Under the pieces are notes generated by a model, which searched no databases, had not been told where the DNA came from, and saw only the letters and a list, made by a program, of their open reading frames with translations. From a virus: a stretch of 64,000 nucleotides of DNA. The stretch is taken from positions 1-64,000 of the IMG/VR virus record IMGVR_UViG_3300027754_005427; one strand, 5' to 3'. The translations under genes and the position numbers were made by a program. Of this stretch, positions 27,130 to 36,730 are shown piece after piece; the first letter of the stretch is position 1, and the number at the start of each line of letters is the position of its first letter.

Positions 27130-29886
27130 ATGAACTTTAATTTTCAAGAATGGCTGTTAATATTAGAAGAATTAAAACCAAAGGCTTTGGCTTTTAAAAT
27201 ACTTGGCAATACAGTAGATAATGCTGGCAAGCCTGTACTTAGTACTGATCCTAATATTATAAAAACAACAAATGAATTCAATAAGATATTTTCTGCTTCA
27301 ATTCCTGAAGCACAACAAAAAAACATTTATCCAACAGCAGCTTATGTGTATAAAACAAATCCATCAGTTGGCGAAGCAGAATTCTCTCAAGATTTAAAAG
27401 ATTATTATAAATTTGTAATAGCCAACCAACTTCCTGTTTTATCATTTAATGATGATGGAAATGTAACTGGGAACTATATTATAGGAAAGCCAAAAGATAC
27501 AGGAAATCCATATTCACATTATATTCATTGGGCATCTGCTGTACATTCTAAAAATAGCGAAAATGAAGATGAAGAAAAAAAGAAATTTCACCAAAGCTTA
27601 CAAAAATCTACAGGTGATGTAAGTGATCAAGAATTAGTTGCAAAATCACCAGATGAAAAGATAAAGGTTTATAAAGCTAACGCAGTAGACAAGTGTATTA
27701 TTCTTGGTAGAGGTCAAAAGTTTTGCATATCTCAACCTGGTAATTCACAATTTCATGGTTACAGGAATACCAAAGATTCAACTTTCTACTTTGTTTATGA
27801 TAATACAAGAAATGATGATCTTAAAGTAGTTGTAGTTGATGCCACAAGAAGAGGTATTGAAATTACTGATGGAAAAAACGACACAGCAAAAACTATGCAA
27901 GATCCATATGAAACTACACCAAAAATAATAACATCAAATTCAGATTTATACTTAAAATATTTAAAAGAAAAAGGTGTTGATACAACTGTCTTTAAAAATG
28001 AACGAAAAACACCAAAGGAAGAAGCAGAAAACGAAAAATTAGGTAAGGGTAATCTTGAATTAGCATGGTTTAGATCTTTAACATATGAAGAAAGAAAGAA
28101 CTATATTGGAAGAGGACATACTCTTTCAGATGAACAATTTAATTTTCTATTTACAACTAGATCTGAGCCACTTTTAAAAATATATGTATCAACTGGTATA
28201 ATTTTGTATAGTGAGCAGTTGAACCTTGTTCTTAACAATCCTTATTTTAAAGATTTAAAATTAAATTATCTTAATGCAAGAATGCATAATTTTCCAAATA
28301 AACATCTGTTTGCAGAAGAATATTTAGCCATGCCACCAAAACAAAAACAAGAATTAGTAGAAAAATATGGAGATAAACTTAAAGATTATATAGAAATTAA
28401 AAATATTAAAATTAAATATTATGTTAATTTACCAGAAGATAAAAAAACTGAAATTAAAAACTTATTTGGAAATGATTTTTTTAATTCAATGTTAAATAAT
28501 TCTAGGTATTCTCTTAAGATTGAAGATTATCTTAATTTACCAGAAGATAAAAAGACCGAAATTAAAAATTTATCTAAAGATAATGTTTATCATTTATTTG
28601 GATATCAGTCTACTAAAGTTGAAGATTATCTTAGTTTACCAGAAGATAAAAGAACCGAACTCGAAAACTTACTTGGAGATAATTATAAAAGATTAATAAT
28701 ATTTAATTCAATTAACATTGAAGATTATCTTAATTTCCCAGAAAATAAAAAAGCTGAAATTAAAAACTTACTTGGAAATGATTCTAAAGATTTAATAAAA
28801 TATCAGTCTATTAAAATTGAAGATTATCTTAATTTCCCAGAAGATAAAAAAACTGAAATTAAAAACTTTCTTGGGTATAATTATAGAGATTTAATAATGT
28901 ATAGGTCTATTAAAATTGAAGATTATCTTAATTTCCCAGAAAATAAAAAAGCAGAAATTAAAAAATTATTTGGAGATAGTTTCAAAAGTTATCTAATTTC
29001 AGATCATAGTGGTAGTTATATTAAAGCCGAAGATTATCTTAATTTACCAGAAGATAAAAAAACTGAAATTAAAAACTTTCTTGGAGATAGTTTCAAAGAT
29101 TATGTATCAAATTTTTATGATTTATTTAGAAAATATGAAAAAAATCCAAGTTTGGAATTTAATGATGAAATAAAAAATTTAATTACTTGTAAAAATGCTG
29201 ATTTTGTATCTGAAATTTTAAGACAACCAAACAAAAACAATGTTAAGTTTTTGACTGATTTTTTAAGATCAAGTTGTAAAGGTTTAATAGATGATATATT
29301 AAGTAGCGGTGATAGTATTAGGGATACATTTGATGAATTTTACGATAAAAAATTTAAAAGTATAGACAAAGTTAAAGTTATAAATTTATTGCATCTTTTA
29401 AGTACTTATTCAAATCAAATGCCAATGAGAAATATATCAAATTTAATTAGCAATATTAGAGCTTATCTTGGTAGTAGTTCTAAATACATTGTTATGTTCA
29501 GAAAATTCTTCCAGAATTTTGCTTCAAAATTACAAGATGCCAAAGAAGTTAATCGTGATCAAGAAGACATGCATCATTCTGATGTAAGTAAAAATCATGA
29601 AAACACTAGTATAAAATTATTTGCAGATATCTTAAGTTCTTTTGGAAAAATATTAGATAAAGATGCAATTTCAACTATTAAATTCATTGTAGATACAATT
29701 GGAAACGAAAAGATCCCAAGAACTACAAGGGATTTAATAAAAGAAAAAGCTGGAGAAGAAGGTTATAAATCTATATTCCCAGAACAACAGCAACAACAAC
29801 AAGCATCTCCAGAAGATTACGATAAAGCATACAGAGGAGATTCTACTAGAGAAGGAAGAGATTATAAGATGAATCGCTTAAGATAA
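27130..29886 (+). CDS. leader-bearing FCIS-domain protein with expanded ~31-aa repeats
   Basis: Tandem paralog of 24685 gene; about seven IEDYLN(L/F)PE(D/N)KK(T/A)EIKNLLG repeats at ~28400-29100. Confidence 0.85.
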   Translation: MNFNFQEWLLILEELKPKALAFKILGNTVDNAGKPVLSTDPNIIKTTNEFNKIFSASIPEAQQKNIYPTAAYVYKTNPSVGEAEFSQDLKDYYKFVIANQLPVLSFNDDGNVTGNYIIGKPKDTGNPYSHYIHWASAVHSKNSENEDEEKKKFHQSLQKSTGDVSDQELVAKSPDEKIKVYKANAVDKCIILGRGQKFCISQPGNSQFHGYRNTKDSTFYFVYDNTRNDDLKVVVVDATRRGIEITDGKNDTAKTMQDPYETTPKIITSNSDLYLKYLKEKGVDTTVFKNERKTPKEEAENEKLGKGNLELAWFRSLTYEERKNYIGRGHTLSDEQFNFLFTTRSEPLLKIYVSTGIILYSEQLNLVLNNPYFKDLKLNYLNARMHNFPNKHLFAEEYLAMPPKQKQELVEKYGDKLKDYIEIKNIKIKYYVNLPEDKKTEIKNLFGNDFFNSMLNNSRYSLKIEDYLNLPEDKKTEIKNLSKDNVYHLFGYQSTKVEDYLSLPEDKRTELENLLGDNYKRLIIFNSINIEDYLNFPENKKAEIKNLLGNDSKDLIKYQSIKIEDYLNFPEDKKTEIKNFLGYNYRDLIMYRSIKIEDYLNFPENKKAEIKKLFGDSFKSYLISDHSGSYIKAEDYLNLPEDKKTEIKNFLGDSFKDYVSNFYDLFRKYEKNPSLEFNDEIKNLITCKNADFVSEILRQPNKNNVKFLTDFLRSSCKGLIDDILSSGDSIRDTFDEFYDKKFKSIDKVKVINLLHLLSTYSNQMPMRNISNLISNIRAYLGSSSKYIVMFRKFFQNFASKLQDAKEVNRDQEDMHHSDVSKNHENTSIKLFADILSSFGKILDKDAISTIKFIVDTIGNEKIPRTTRDLIKEKAGEEGYKSIFPEQQQQQQASPEDYDKAYRGDSTREGRDYKMNRLR

Positions 29887-29891
29887 TAACC

Positions 29892-30713
29892 TTATTTTTT
29901 CTTTACTTCTGTTTGATTTAAAATTTCTTTATAATCTTCAATATTATTGAATGCTATTAAAAATCCGCTATTGTGACAAAAATTAGCTTTTTCATTAGGT
30001 GAAAATTTAACTATATCAACATTGTTACTTACCATTCTGTATCCACCTTTTTTATTTCTACTATCTATAGTTAATATAACATCAACTTCAATTTTCCTGT
30101 CTTTGCAATACTTTTTAGTTGGAAGATTTTCAATTTTAAATCCATCTTTTATTTTGCAATTAGTTAAATCTAATATTTTAATATTATTAAACAAAAAATG
30201 CTTTACACCATCTTCTATAATTTGCATAAATTCTTTATTGTTTTCAATTTCTTCACAAATAGATTTTCCAATTTCTTTCATTAGTGAATATATTGGATCA
30301 GTAATTTCCCCAGTAATTTTAGAAAAAACTGATAAGATAGAGTTCCTAATAGGACTGAATATTATATTTAAACTTTCTTCAGATACATTGGCAAACTTTG
30401 CTGCTGCTTTTTGTCCATAACTATCATATATTTCAACAAATTTAAGTTGCGGAAAATCTTCTCTGTAATCTTTTCCATAAAGATAATCAAGAACCATAGT
30501 AAAGCCACAAATTTGTTCCTTTATGTGATGATGATCAAAATTATGTAACTCTGGATTAAAAGATAATCCTTGATCAACAACCCAATATAAAGCACTTTCT
30601 AAATGTTCTGTAGTAGCTTTTGTTCTTAATGCTCTTTGATTTGTTTTATATATTAATACACAAGTAGCTAAGAAATCATCTTCATGTGCTCTTCCATCAT
30701 GTACAATTATCAT
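29892..30713 (-). CDS. MYG1-family (DHH-like) exonuclease
   Basis: HDGRAHEDD, VVDQG..FDHH, FCHNSGF. Confidence 0.75.
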   Translation of the reverse strand: MIIVHDGRAHEDDFLATCVLIYKTNQRALRTKATTEHLESALYWVVDQGLSFNPELHNFDHHHIKEQICGFTMVLDYLYGKDYREDFPQLKFVEIYDSYGQKAAAKFANVSEESLNIIFSPIRNSILSVFSKITGEITDPIYSLMKEIGKSICEEIENNKEFMQIIEDGVKHFLFNNIKILDLTNCKIKDGFKIENLPTKKYCKDRKIEVDVILTIDSRNKKGGYRMVSNNVDIVKFSPNEKANFCHNSGFLIAFNNIEDYKEILNQTEVKKK

Positions 30714-30862
30714 AATTGAACCTTTTATTAAAAAATTAAATTTATTATATTTAATTTATAAGATAAGACTAATTATGTCAAGTTTAATAAAAATATACTT
30801 GCAATTATTAAATGTTAATATTAATATGCTTAATAACAATATTTAAAAACTTAAGGATATTT

Positions 30863-31531
30863 ATGAATATTATTGATTTTACAAATGACCTTGATAAAAC
30901 TAATTTAACCTTTAGGGAAGTTGAAGAGCAGATAAAAAACTTCACATTAGATTTTACAGGTACAAAAAATGAAGAATCAGAATATAGAATAAGTTTTCCA
31001 AGATACATTACGCCTTTTTACGAATATGTTTTCAACAAACAAATTGTTCCAACTCAAATTCATTATGTTAATTATCTTTACATATCAAAAAACATTGAAT
31101 GGCTTAATGAACAAAAATTCTCAGATAAAATCATGAGAGGCTTGGAATTTAGACTAAAACAAACTTATCCATCTTTAGTAAGAGATTTACACTTTTGTTT
31201 ATTTTTAAAAGAGAAAAGCAATTTTGATAATATTATTTACAATATAGATTTAGACTTTAAACATGGAATAGATATTTTAATTAAAAAAGAAAATAAAAAT
31301 TTTGGTGTCAATCTTTATACTAGTACTAGAAGAGGAATGGAATTTAGAGAGAAGAAAAGTAAGAGGCACACATATTTTGATGATGTTTCAAACATAGAGT
31401 TACCAGTAGATTTTCACGGAAGTAGAATATGCGGTAATTTCTTTTTATATGGTGACAGAGAAATGAATTTATTATCAAAAATAATTGATAGTAAATTACA
31501 ATTAGAAAAAGAAATATCTTACAATCTATGA
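30863..31531 (+). CDS. restriction endonuclease-like (PD-(D/E)xK, possibly TaqI-like) protein
   Basis: YPSLVRDLHF..DLDFKHGIDILI..FGVNL; SD AAGGA; TTGCAA-N17-TAATAT upstream. Confidence 0.45.
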   Translation: MNIIDFTNDLDKTNLTFREVEEQIKNFTLDFTGTKNEESEYRISFPRYITPFYEYVFNKQIVPTQIHYVNYLYISKNIEWLNEQKFSDKIMRGLEFRLKQTYPSLVRDLHFCLFLKEKSNFDNIIYNIDLDFKHGIDILIKKENKNFGVNLYTSTRRGMEFREKKSKRHTYFDDVSNIELPVDFHGSRICGNFFLYGDREMNLLSKIIDSKLQLEKEISYNL

Positions 31532-31728
31532 GCTTTTTTTATATTCTTTAAAATTCCGTTGGCTAATTTAACAATTAAATCAGAGATTTCTATATCTCTA
31601 TTAGAAATTTTGTTTTCAACAATATCATTGTAAATAATTTGAGATGCTTTTTTCAAAGCATCTATTTGATTTAATACTTCAATTTTATTTTCAATAATAA
31701 TACCCACGGCTTTATTAACATTAATCAT
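31519..31728 (-). CDS. hypothetical protein
   Basis: 69 aa, overlaps upstream gene stop. Confidence 0.5.
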   Translation of the reverse strand: MINVNKAVGIIIENKIEVLNQIDALKKASQIIYNDIVENKISNRDIEISDLIVKLANGILKNIKKAHRL

Positions 31729-32233
31729 TTTGACAAGTATTATAAAGTTTAAATATTTCGTTATCTAAGGTTTGTAATTTAGAAGGTTCTTTTTCCGATA
31801 AAAAACATTCATCGTCAAAGTATTCTGGTTTATTATTTAATAAGTATCTGCCATCAAACATTACTATGAGTTGATCATTATATTTACCAACAAAATCATC
31901 AATTGATTGCACTTCTTCTTTTATAGAATTGTATTTTGAAGTTTCAGCAACCATAAAAACAATTTGATTGTATTCAACTTTATTATCTTTATTTTTTCTA
32001 AGGACTGTGAATCCACTTTTTGAAGTTCCAATATATTCAATTATATTAGAAGCAATGTATTCAATTGATTCTTCGATTGTAGTTCCGTTACCAAAATCAA
32101 TTAAGCTATTTGCATTTTCAATTACGCTATATCTAAATGGATAATTTTGATAATTCTGATCTAGCCACTTTCTGGTGTCTGAAATTAATTCTGTTATATT
32201 TTTATAGTTTTTAACTTCATGCATTTGGCACAT
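31721..32233 (-). CDS. hypothetical protein
   Basis: 170 aa ORF; TTGCTT-N16-TATAAT at 32292-32265 upstream. Confidence 0.65.
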   Translation of the reverse strand: MCQMHEVKNYKNITELISDTRKWLDQNYQNYPFRYSVIENANSLIDFGNGTTIEESIEYIASNIIEYIGTSKSGFTVLRKNKDNKVEYNQIVFMVAETSKYNSIKEEVQSIDDFVGKYNDQLIVMFDGRYLLNNKPEYFDDECFLSEKEPSKLQTLDNEIFKLYNTCQND

Positions 32234-32320
32234 CCTTTTGTTTTTAGAATTCGACTACATGTTTATTATATAAAAAATGTAATCAAAAGCAATTTTAGTT
32301 ATTAAGTTTTATTTAAAAAG

Positions 32321-32833
32321 CTAAAATGTTTTTTTCTTAACAAACCAAGCATATGGAGATATTCCGCATAGTTTAGAAGTACCGCATGCTTCACAATATC
32401 CTTTGTGATATTGTAAATAATACTGTGCAAAAATATCTTTGTTGTACCATGTATGTTGACCATATATGTCATTTATACAAAATAAACTTTCTTCAGTCAT
32501 TTCACTTATTATGAAAAAATGGCCTTCTATTTTTTTAAAATCAAACATAAATGTTGATTTCATTATTATTATGTGATTTGAATTTAGAGCATCTTCTATT
32601 TCTTTTATAGTTGGTAAGTTTTTACATTTTACATCGATGCCACTAATACTATTTAAACTTTTTTCAAAATATGGTTGATGTGTTCCTTCTTTTGTACACT
32701 TGCATTTTCTTTTATATTTAGAATAATCTTTATTATAATTAATTTCTATTTCAAGCCATTTCAATACATTTAATATAGCAACTGGACCGCATGATGATTT
32801 GTTTTTTTGTGCAATCCATCTTGTTGTTGTCAT
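32321..32833 (-). CDS. C39-like cysteine peptidase
   Basis: QKNKSSCGPVAILNVL ... GHFF; GAGGTG SD. Confidence 0.65.
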   Translation of the reverse strand: MTTTRWIAQKNKSSCGPVAILNVLKWLEIEINYNKDYSKYKRKCKCTKEGTHQPYFEKSLNSISGIDVKCKNLPTIKEIEDALNSNHIIIMKSTFMFDFKKIEGHFFIISEMTEESLFCINDIYGQHTWYNKDIFAQYYLQYHKGYCEACGTSKLCGISPYAWFVKKKTF

Positions 32834-32887
32834 ATTACACCTCGTATTAAGAATTGTAATTTATTTATTCATAATTAATCAAATAAA

Positions 32888-33043
32888 TTATGTGCTTTCT
32901 TCTAAATTTATAGTTTCTTCATGTAATCCATAAGGACAATTTTTGCAGCCACTTTTGCAACATTTGCCTCTTTTTAATAGAAATTCCTTAGTAAACACCA
33001 TTAATCCATTTTCATCGTAATAAAAGTCTATGTTTTCTTGCAT
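32888..33043 (-). CDS. small Cys-rich DUF5522-like protein (51 aa)
   Basis: MQENIDFYYDENGLMVFTKEFLLKRGKCCKSGCKNCPYG...; below ORF-track cutoff. Confidence 0.7.
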   Translation of the reverse strand: MQENIDFYYDENGLMVFTKEFLLKRGKCCKSGCKNCPYGLHEETINLEEST

Positions 33044-33176
33044 TTTTATTAAATTTCACTTATTTTATATTAAAAATTAATAATATTATTCATCTTTTTA
33101 AAAGTTAAAGGCAATTTTCAATGTTTTCTCTTATTTTTTACCAAACAATATTACTTTTATTAATTAATACTATCAA

Positions 33177-33857
33177 TTAATTGTTTTTATCTAAACTGGT
33201 TAATTCAGCCAATACATTTGCATTTAAATTTTCTTCAACGAATTTTATATCATCTTCATCAAAATATTTCATGTATTGTTTTTTTGAATAAAAATTTTCA
33301 TCTTTGTATTGCATACTATTAACTTGTCTGATTTCTGCTGCTTTACCTGGGTTTATATTTTCTGATGGAAACACTATGGTAGGAGATTTAAGTTTCATGT
33401 TAAATTTTTCAGCTATTTTTTTCAAAACATCTTCAGTTTGTAACAGTAAAGAATCATATTTTATAAATATTTTTTTACCTGCTGTGTCGCAAAATAACCA
33501 TGATTCATTCATTTTATTCCAAAGAAATATAGGGTTTAATTCTTCGAATTGAGGAATTTTACTTGATCTATCTTTATATACGAATTTACTTCTAATGAAT
33601 TTTTTAAAATCAAAACCTTTCGTTGCAGGAAATATATTAATTTTATTTTTTCTATTTGAATAAGTATAAATCGAATAAAGCCAAGAAAAAGGTTCTTTGA
33701 AAACAATGATTGTATTAGCTTCTAAATCTTTTTTTATATGACCGTGTTTCCAAGCGTGTTGGTTAACTAATGGAATTACATCAAAATTTCTTAATATTAA
33801 AAATTCTAAAAAATTTGTTCCGCTTCTCATTAATCCGTGTATTTTTACAGAAGTCAT
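33177..33857 (-). CDS. sulfotransferase-like protein
   Basis: HGLMRSGTNFL, WKHG, KEPFSWLYS, IKYDSL. Confidence 0.7.
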   Translation of the reverse strand: MTSVKIHGLMRSGTNFLEFLILRNFDVIPLVNQHAWKHGHIKKDLEANTIIVFKEPFSWLYSIYTYSNRKNKINIFPATKGFDFKKFIRSKFVYKDRSSKIPQFEELNPIFLWNKMNESWLFCDTAGKKIFIKYDSLLLQTEDVLKKIAEKFNMKLKSPTIVFPSENINPGKAAEIRQVNSMQYKDENFYSKKQYMKYFDEDDIKFVEENLNANVLAELTSLDKNN

Positions 33858-34642
33858 ATGCCATTTCCGCCATTGTTAAAGCCACCACCAAATTGACCAC
33901 CACTAAATTGACCAAATCCCATATTGCCACGCATATTTTGACCGCCCATATTACCACCACCGCCACTCTGAAATGCTAAACCACCAACCCCAGACATAAT
34001 ACCCTGCATCGCCATAGAATAAAAGGGATTATTCATACCAATTGCTTGAACACCGCCACCTTGATTGAATCCACCACCTTGATTGAATCCACCACCTTGA
34101 TTGAATCCACCACCTATTAAACTGCCACTTTGATTGAATCCACCACCTTGATTGAATCCACCACCTTGATTGAATCCACCACCTTGATTGAATCCACCAC
34201 CTTGATTGAATCCACCACCTTGATTGAATCCACCACCTTGATTGAATCCACCACCTTGATTGAATCCACCACCTTGATTGAATCCACCACCTTGATTGAA
34301 TCCACCACCTTGATTGAATCCACCACCTTGATTGAATCCACCACCTGTAGAAAGTGGAATTTGATAAAGCTTCGAGATTTGGATGCCTGGAGTATTATTT
34401 TGTGTGTATTGTGCAGTGCCTTGAATGCCTCCTGTATTTTGTTGAAAACCGCCAAAACCGCCAACGCCACTAGAACTGCTTCCAGTATTAAAATTAATGT
34501 TTTGATTTGCTATTTGAGGCTGTACTGTATTATTTAAAGCAGGAGGAAATGAAGGACTTAGTGGTAAAATACTTCTATATTTTTGAGCTTGAGAAGTAGA
34601 AGCTATTATCAAAAACAAAAAAATTACAATTGTTTTTTTCAT
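33854..34642 (-). CDS. secreted Gly/Gln/Phe/Asn low-complexity repeat protein
   Basis: Signal peptide MKKTIVIFLFLIIASTSQA; (GGGFNQ)12+3. Confidence 0.7.
   Translation of the reverse strand: MKKTIVIFLFLIIASTSQAQKYRSILPLSPSFPPALNNTVQPQIANQNINFNTGSSSSGVGGFGGFQQNTGGIQGTAQYTQNNTPGIQISKLYQIPLSTGGGFNQGGGFNQGGGFNQGGGFNQGGGFNQGGGFNQGGGFNQGGGFNQGGGFNQGGGFNQGGGFNQGGGFNQSGSLIGGGFNQGGGFNQGGGFNQGGGVQAIGMNNPFYSMAMQGIMSGVGGLAFQSGGGGNMGGQNMRGNMGFGQFSGGQFGGGFNNGGNGI
34061..34345 (-). repeat. 18-bp tandem repeat (12+3 copies) encoding GGGFNQ
   Basis: TTGATTGAATCCACCACC units at 34130-34345 and 34061-34114. Confidence 0.95.
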
Positions 34643-34649
34643 GATTTAT

Positions 34650-35027
34650 TCAACCAATTTCTTCAATCGTACCAGACAATTCAATGATTGGTATTGCCTC
34701 CCAGTTAGTTAAATTATTGCTAAAAGATGGTTTACCATGATTTTTATAATTAACTGCTATAGTGATATGTTTTATTTTGTTTTCTGAGAGCATATCTGTA
34801 ATTACTCCAACCGCTATTACTTGCTCGTCAAAAGCAAGTGTAACTGCTTCTATTTCAACCTTTTGTCCTATCATATTTTTTATATTTTCATTTATAGTTT
34901 TAGAAGCTTTGCCTTTATTAATAGTCATATGATGACAAACTATTTTCCAATCCTCATTAAAAAAAGGGGAAAATTTATCTTTAAGTTTGTTTTTAGATTT
35001 TTCGTCTAAGACTATTGCTGTGTACAT
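34650..35027 (-). CDS. 2H phosphoesterase (RNA-repair cyclic phosphodiesterase-like)
   Basis: Two HxT motifs: HHMTI and KHITI. Confidence 0.7.
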   Translation of the reverse strand: MYTAIVLDEKSKNKLKDKFSPFFNEDWKIVCHHMTINKGKASKTINENIKNMIGQKVEIEAVTLAFDEQVIAVGVITDMLSENKIKHITIAVNYKNHGKPSFSNNLTNWEAIPIIELSGTIEEIG

Positions 35028-35053
35028 GAATTATATATTAAATAAAATCATAA

Positions 35054-35422
35054 TTAATTATCATAATTTTTATTTTTAATAATTTCATAGTTTCCAATTG
35101 AAATTACATCATATTTAGAAAATATTTTAGGAATCTGAACTTTATTTAAAATTTTATCTTTACTCCATATTAAAGCATAAACATCACTAGGTAAATTTTC
35201 AATTAAATAATTAAATGTAAATTTACCTAAGCCTTTATTTCTATAAGATTCACAAATATGAAAATTAATTAAATTATAATAATAAGCAGAAAATCTTTGA
35301 AGCGTATAATTTGTTTTTTCAAATAATAAATATCCTATTTTTTCATGATTATGAAATAAATTTATATATTTGTTTTCTTCTAAAGTTATTTCGTAGCCTT
35401 CTTGATAAAAATCGATTACCAT
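35054..35422 (-). CDS. GNAT acetyltransferase-like
   Basis: FHICESYRNKGLGK acetyl-CoA motif. Confidence 0.6.
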   Translation of the reverse strand: MVIDFYQEGYEITLEENKYINLFHNHEKIGYLLFEKTNYTLQRFSAYYYNLINFHICESYRNKGLGKFTFNYLIENLPSDVYALIWSKDKILNKVQIPKIFSKYDVISIGNYEIIKNKNYDN

Positions 35423-35529
35423 ATGTAAATATATATTACTAAAAATATTTTATTTTTTTACATATAAGTATTTTTACTTATATGTTATATTAAATTAATT
35501 AGCATTTTAAATTTTAAAAGGATAAAGCC

Positions 35530-35880
35530 ATGGCAATTTCAATTACAAACAGAGCTAAGAACGAATTCATTCATATTATTGAAGAGCAAAAATCACAAGA
35601 TCCAGAGTTTGCAAACAAGAAACAATACTTAAGGATTAGAGTTGTTGGAGGTGGTTGTTCTGGATTTCAATACAAGCTTACAGTTGATGATCAAGTAAAT
35701 GAAAACTTAGATGATTGTCAAACAATTAATGAAGTAGAGGTTGTAATTGACAAAAGAAGCATAATGTATATTTCTGAAGCAAAAATTGATTATTTAGATG
35801 ATTTGAATGAAAGAGGATTCAAAATTGAAAATCCTGATACTAAAACAACTTGTGGATGTGGCAAAAGCTTTTCTTTTTAA
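35530..35880 (+). CDS. iscA: A-type Fe-S cluster carrier (IscA/ErpA/HesB family)
   Basis: LRIRVVGGGCSGFQY, IDY..GF.IENP, CGCGKSF. Confidence 0.9.
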   Translation: MAISITNRAKNEFIHIIEEQKSQDPEFANKKQYLRIRVVGGGCSGFQYKLTVDDQVNENLDDCQTINEVEVVIDKRSIMYISEAKIDYLDDLNERGFKIENPDTKTTCGCGKSFSF

Positions 35881-35903
35881 ATAATGTTTCAACAGGAGAA
35901 AAA

Positions 35904-36353
35904 ATGAGTCCAGATAAAGAAAAAAGACTTTATGATAATTATCCCGAGTTATTTTATTCAATGAATGATAAAAATCCAGAATTAACATTAATGTGGGGAA
36001 TTGAATGTGAAGATGGTTGGTATGATATTATTGATTGTTTATGTTATGAAATTATTAAAAAATCAAGAAAGGAAAGGTCTGTAGAAAGGTCTTTAGAAGA
36101 ATACGAAGAAGCAATGAAAAAATTTGAAAGAATTCCTTCTGTAATTCAAATTAAAGAAAAATTTGGATTGTTAACAGTTTGTATTAATAATATTAATAAG
36201 GAGCATAAAGCTTTAATTGATTTTGCCGAGAGATTAAGTTCTAAAACATGTGAATTTTGTGGTACATCTAAAGATGTAAAATTAACATCTGTTGGGTGGA
36301 TAAAAACACTTTGTCCAGAACATACTGATTTATTTAATGGTAGAAAGGTATAA
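35904..36353 (+). CDS. conserved phage hypothetical Zn-finger protein
   Basis: ECEDGWYDII..QIKEKFG..TCEFCG..GWIKTLC..H; AGGAG SD. Confidence 0.7.
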   Translation: MSPDKEKRLYDNYPELFYSMNDKNPELTLMWGIECEDGWYDIIDCLCYEIIKKSRKERSVERSLEEYEEAMKKFERIPSVIQIKEKFGLLTVCINNINKEHKALIDFAERLSSKTCEFCGTSKDVKLTSVGWIKTLCPEHTDLFNGRKV

Positions 36354-36636
36354 TTTAAAAAATATGAATGTTAACAATGTAAAAATAACTGTGGATATTG
36401 GAGATGGAACTTTATGGACATATGAAAATATTTGTAGTTTCGTTACAAAAGAAAGGTTGTTAAATGAAAATGACGACAGTACAAAAATTTATAGTATGAA
36501 CATAGATTCTTTAAATGTAAAAATAGAAAAAAAAGAAATGCTAGATACATTACAGGAAATATCAAAAAAATTAGATATTTTAATTAACAAAGAAGATAAA
36601 AAGCCAGCGTGTAGAAAATCTAAATCAAATAACTAG
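36337..36636 (+). CDS. hypothetical protein
   Basis: 99 aa ORF in operon. Confidence 0.5.
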   Translation: MVERYNLKNMNVNNVKITVDIGDGTLWTYENICSFVTKERLLNENDDSTKIYSMNIDSLNVKIEKKEMLDTLQEISKKLDILINKEDKKPACRKSKSNN

Positions 36637-36669
36637 CTTGTTTAATTTATAACAATATACTATAATTAA

Positions 36670-36730
36670 TTAGGGCTGGGGATGGTATAATGGTGGTTAT
36701 ACGGGGAAATAGGTGGTATCCCCAGCCTAA
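36670..36730. other. GC-rich intergenic stem-loop
   Basis: GGCTGGGGAT...ATCCCCAGCC outer stem, inner GTATAAT-GGTG-GTTATAC hairpin. Confidence 0.6.

Noticed and set aside
34061-34345. Regular repeats (also 1-215 and 1360-1464) as CRISPR arrays
   Set aside because: Contiguous in-frame coding tandem repeats without unique spacers; no cas genes in the window
34117-34537. Alternative-frame repeat ORFs (IKVVDS, LIESTT) and other short antisense ORFs in the track
   Set aside because: Shadows of tandem repeats or of longer genes with recognisable motifs
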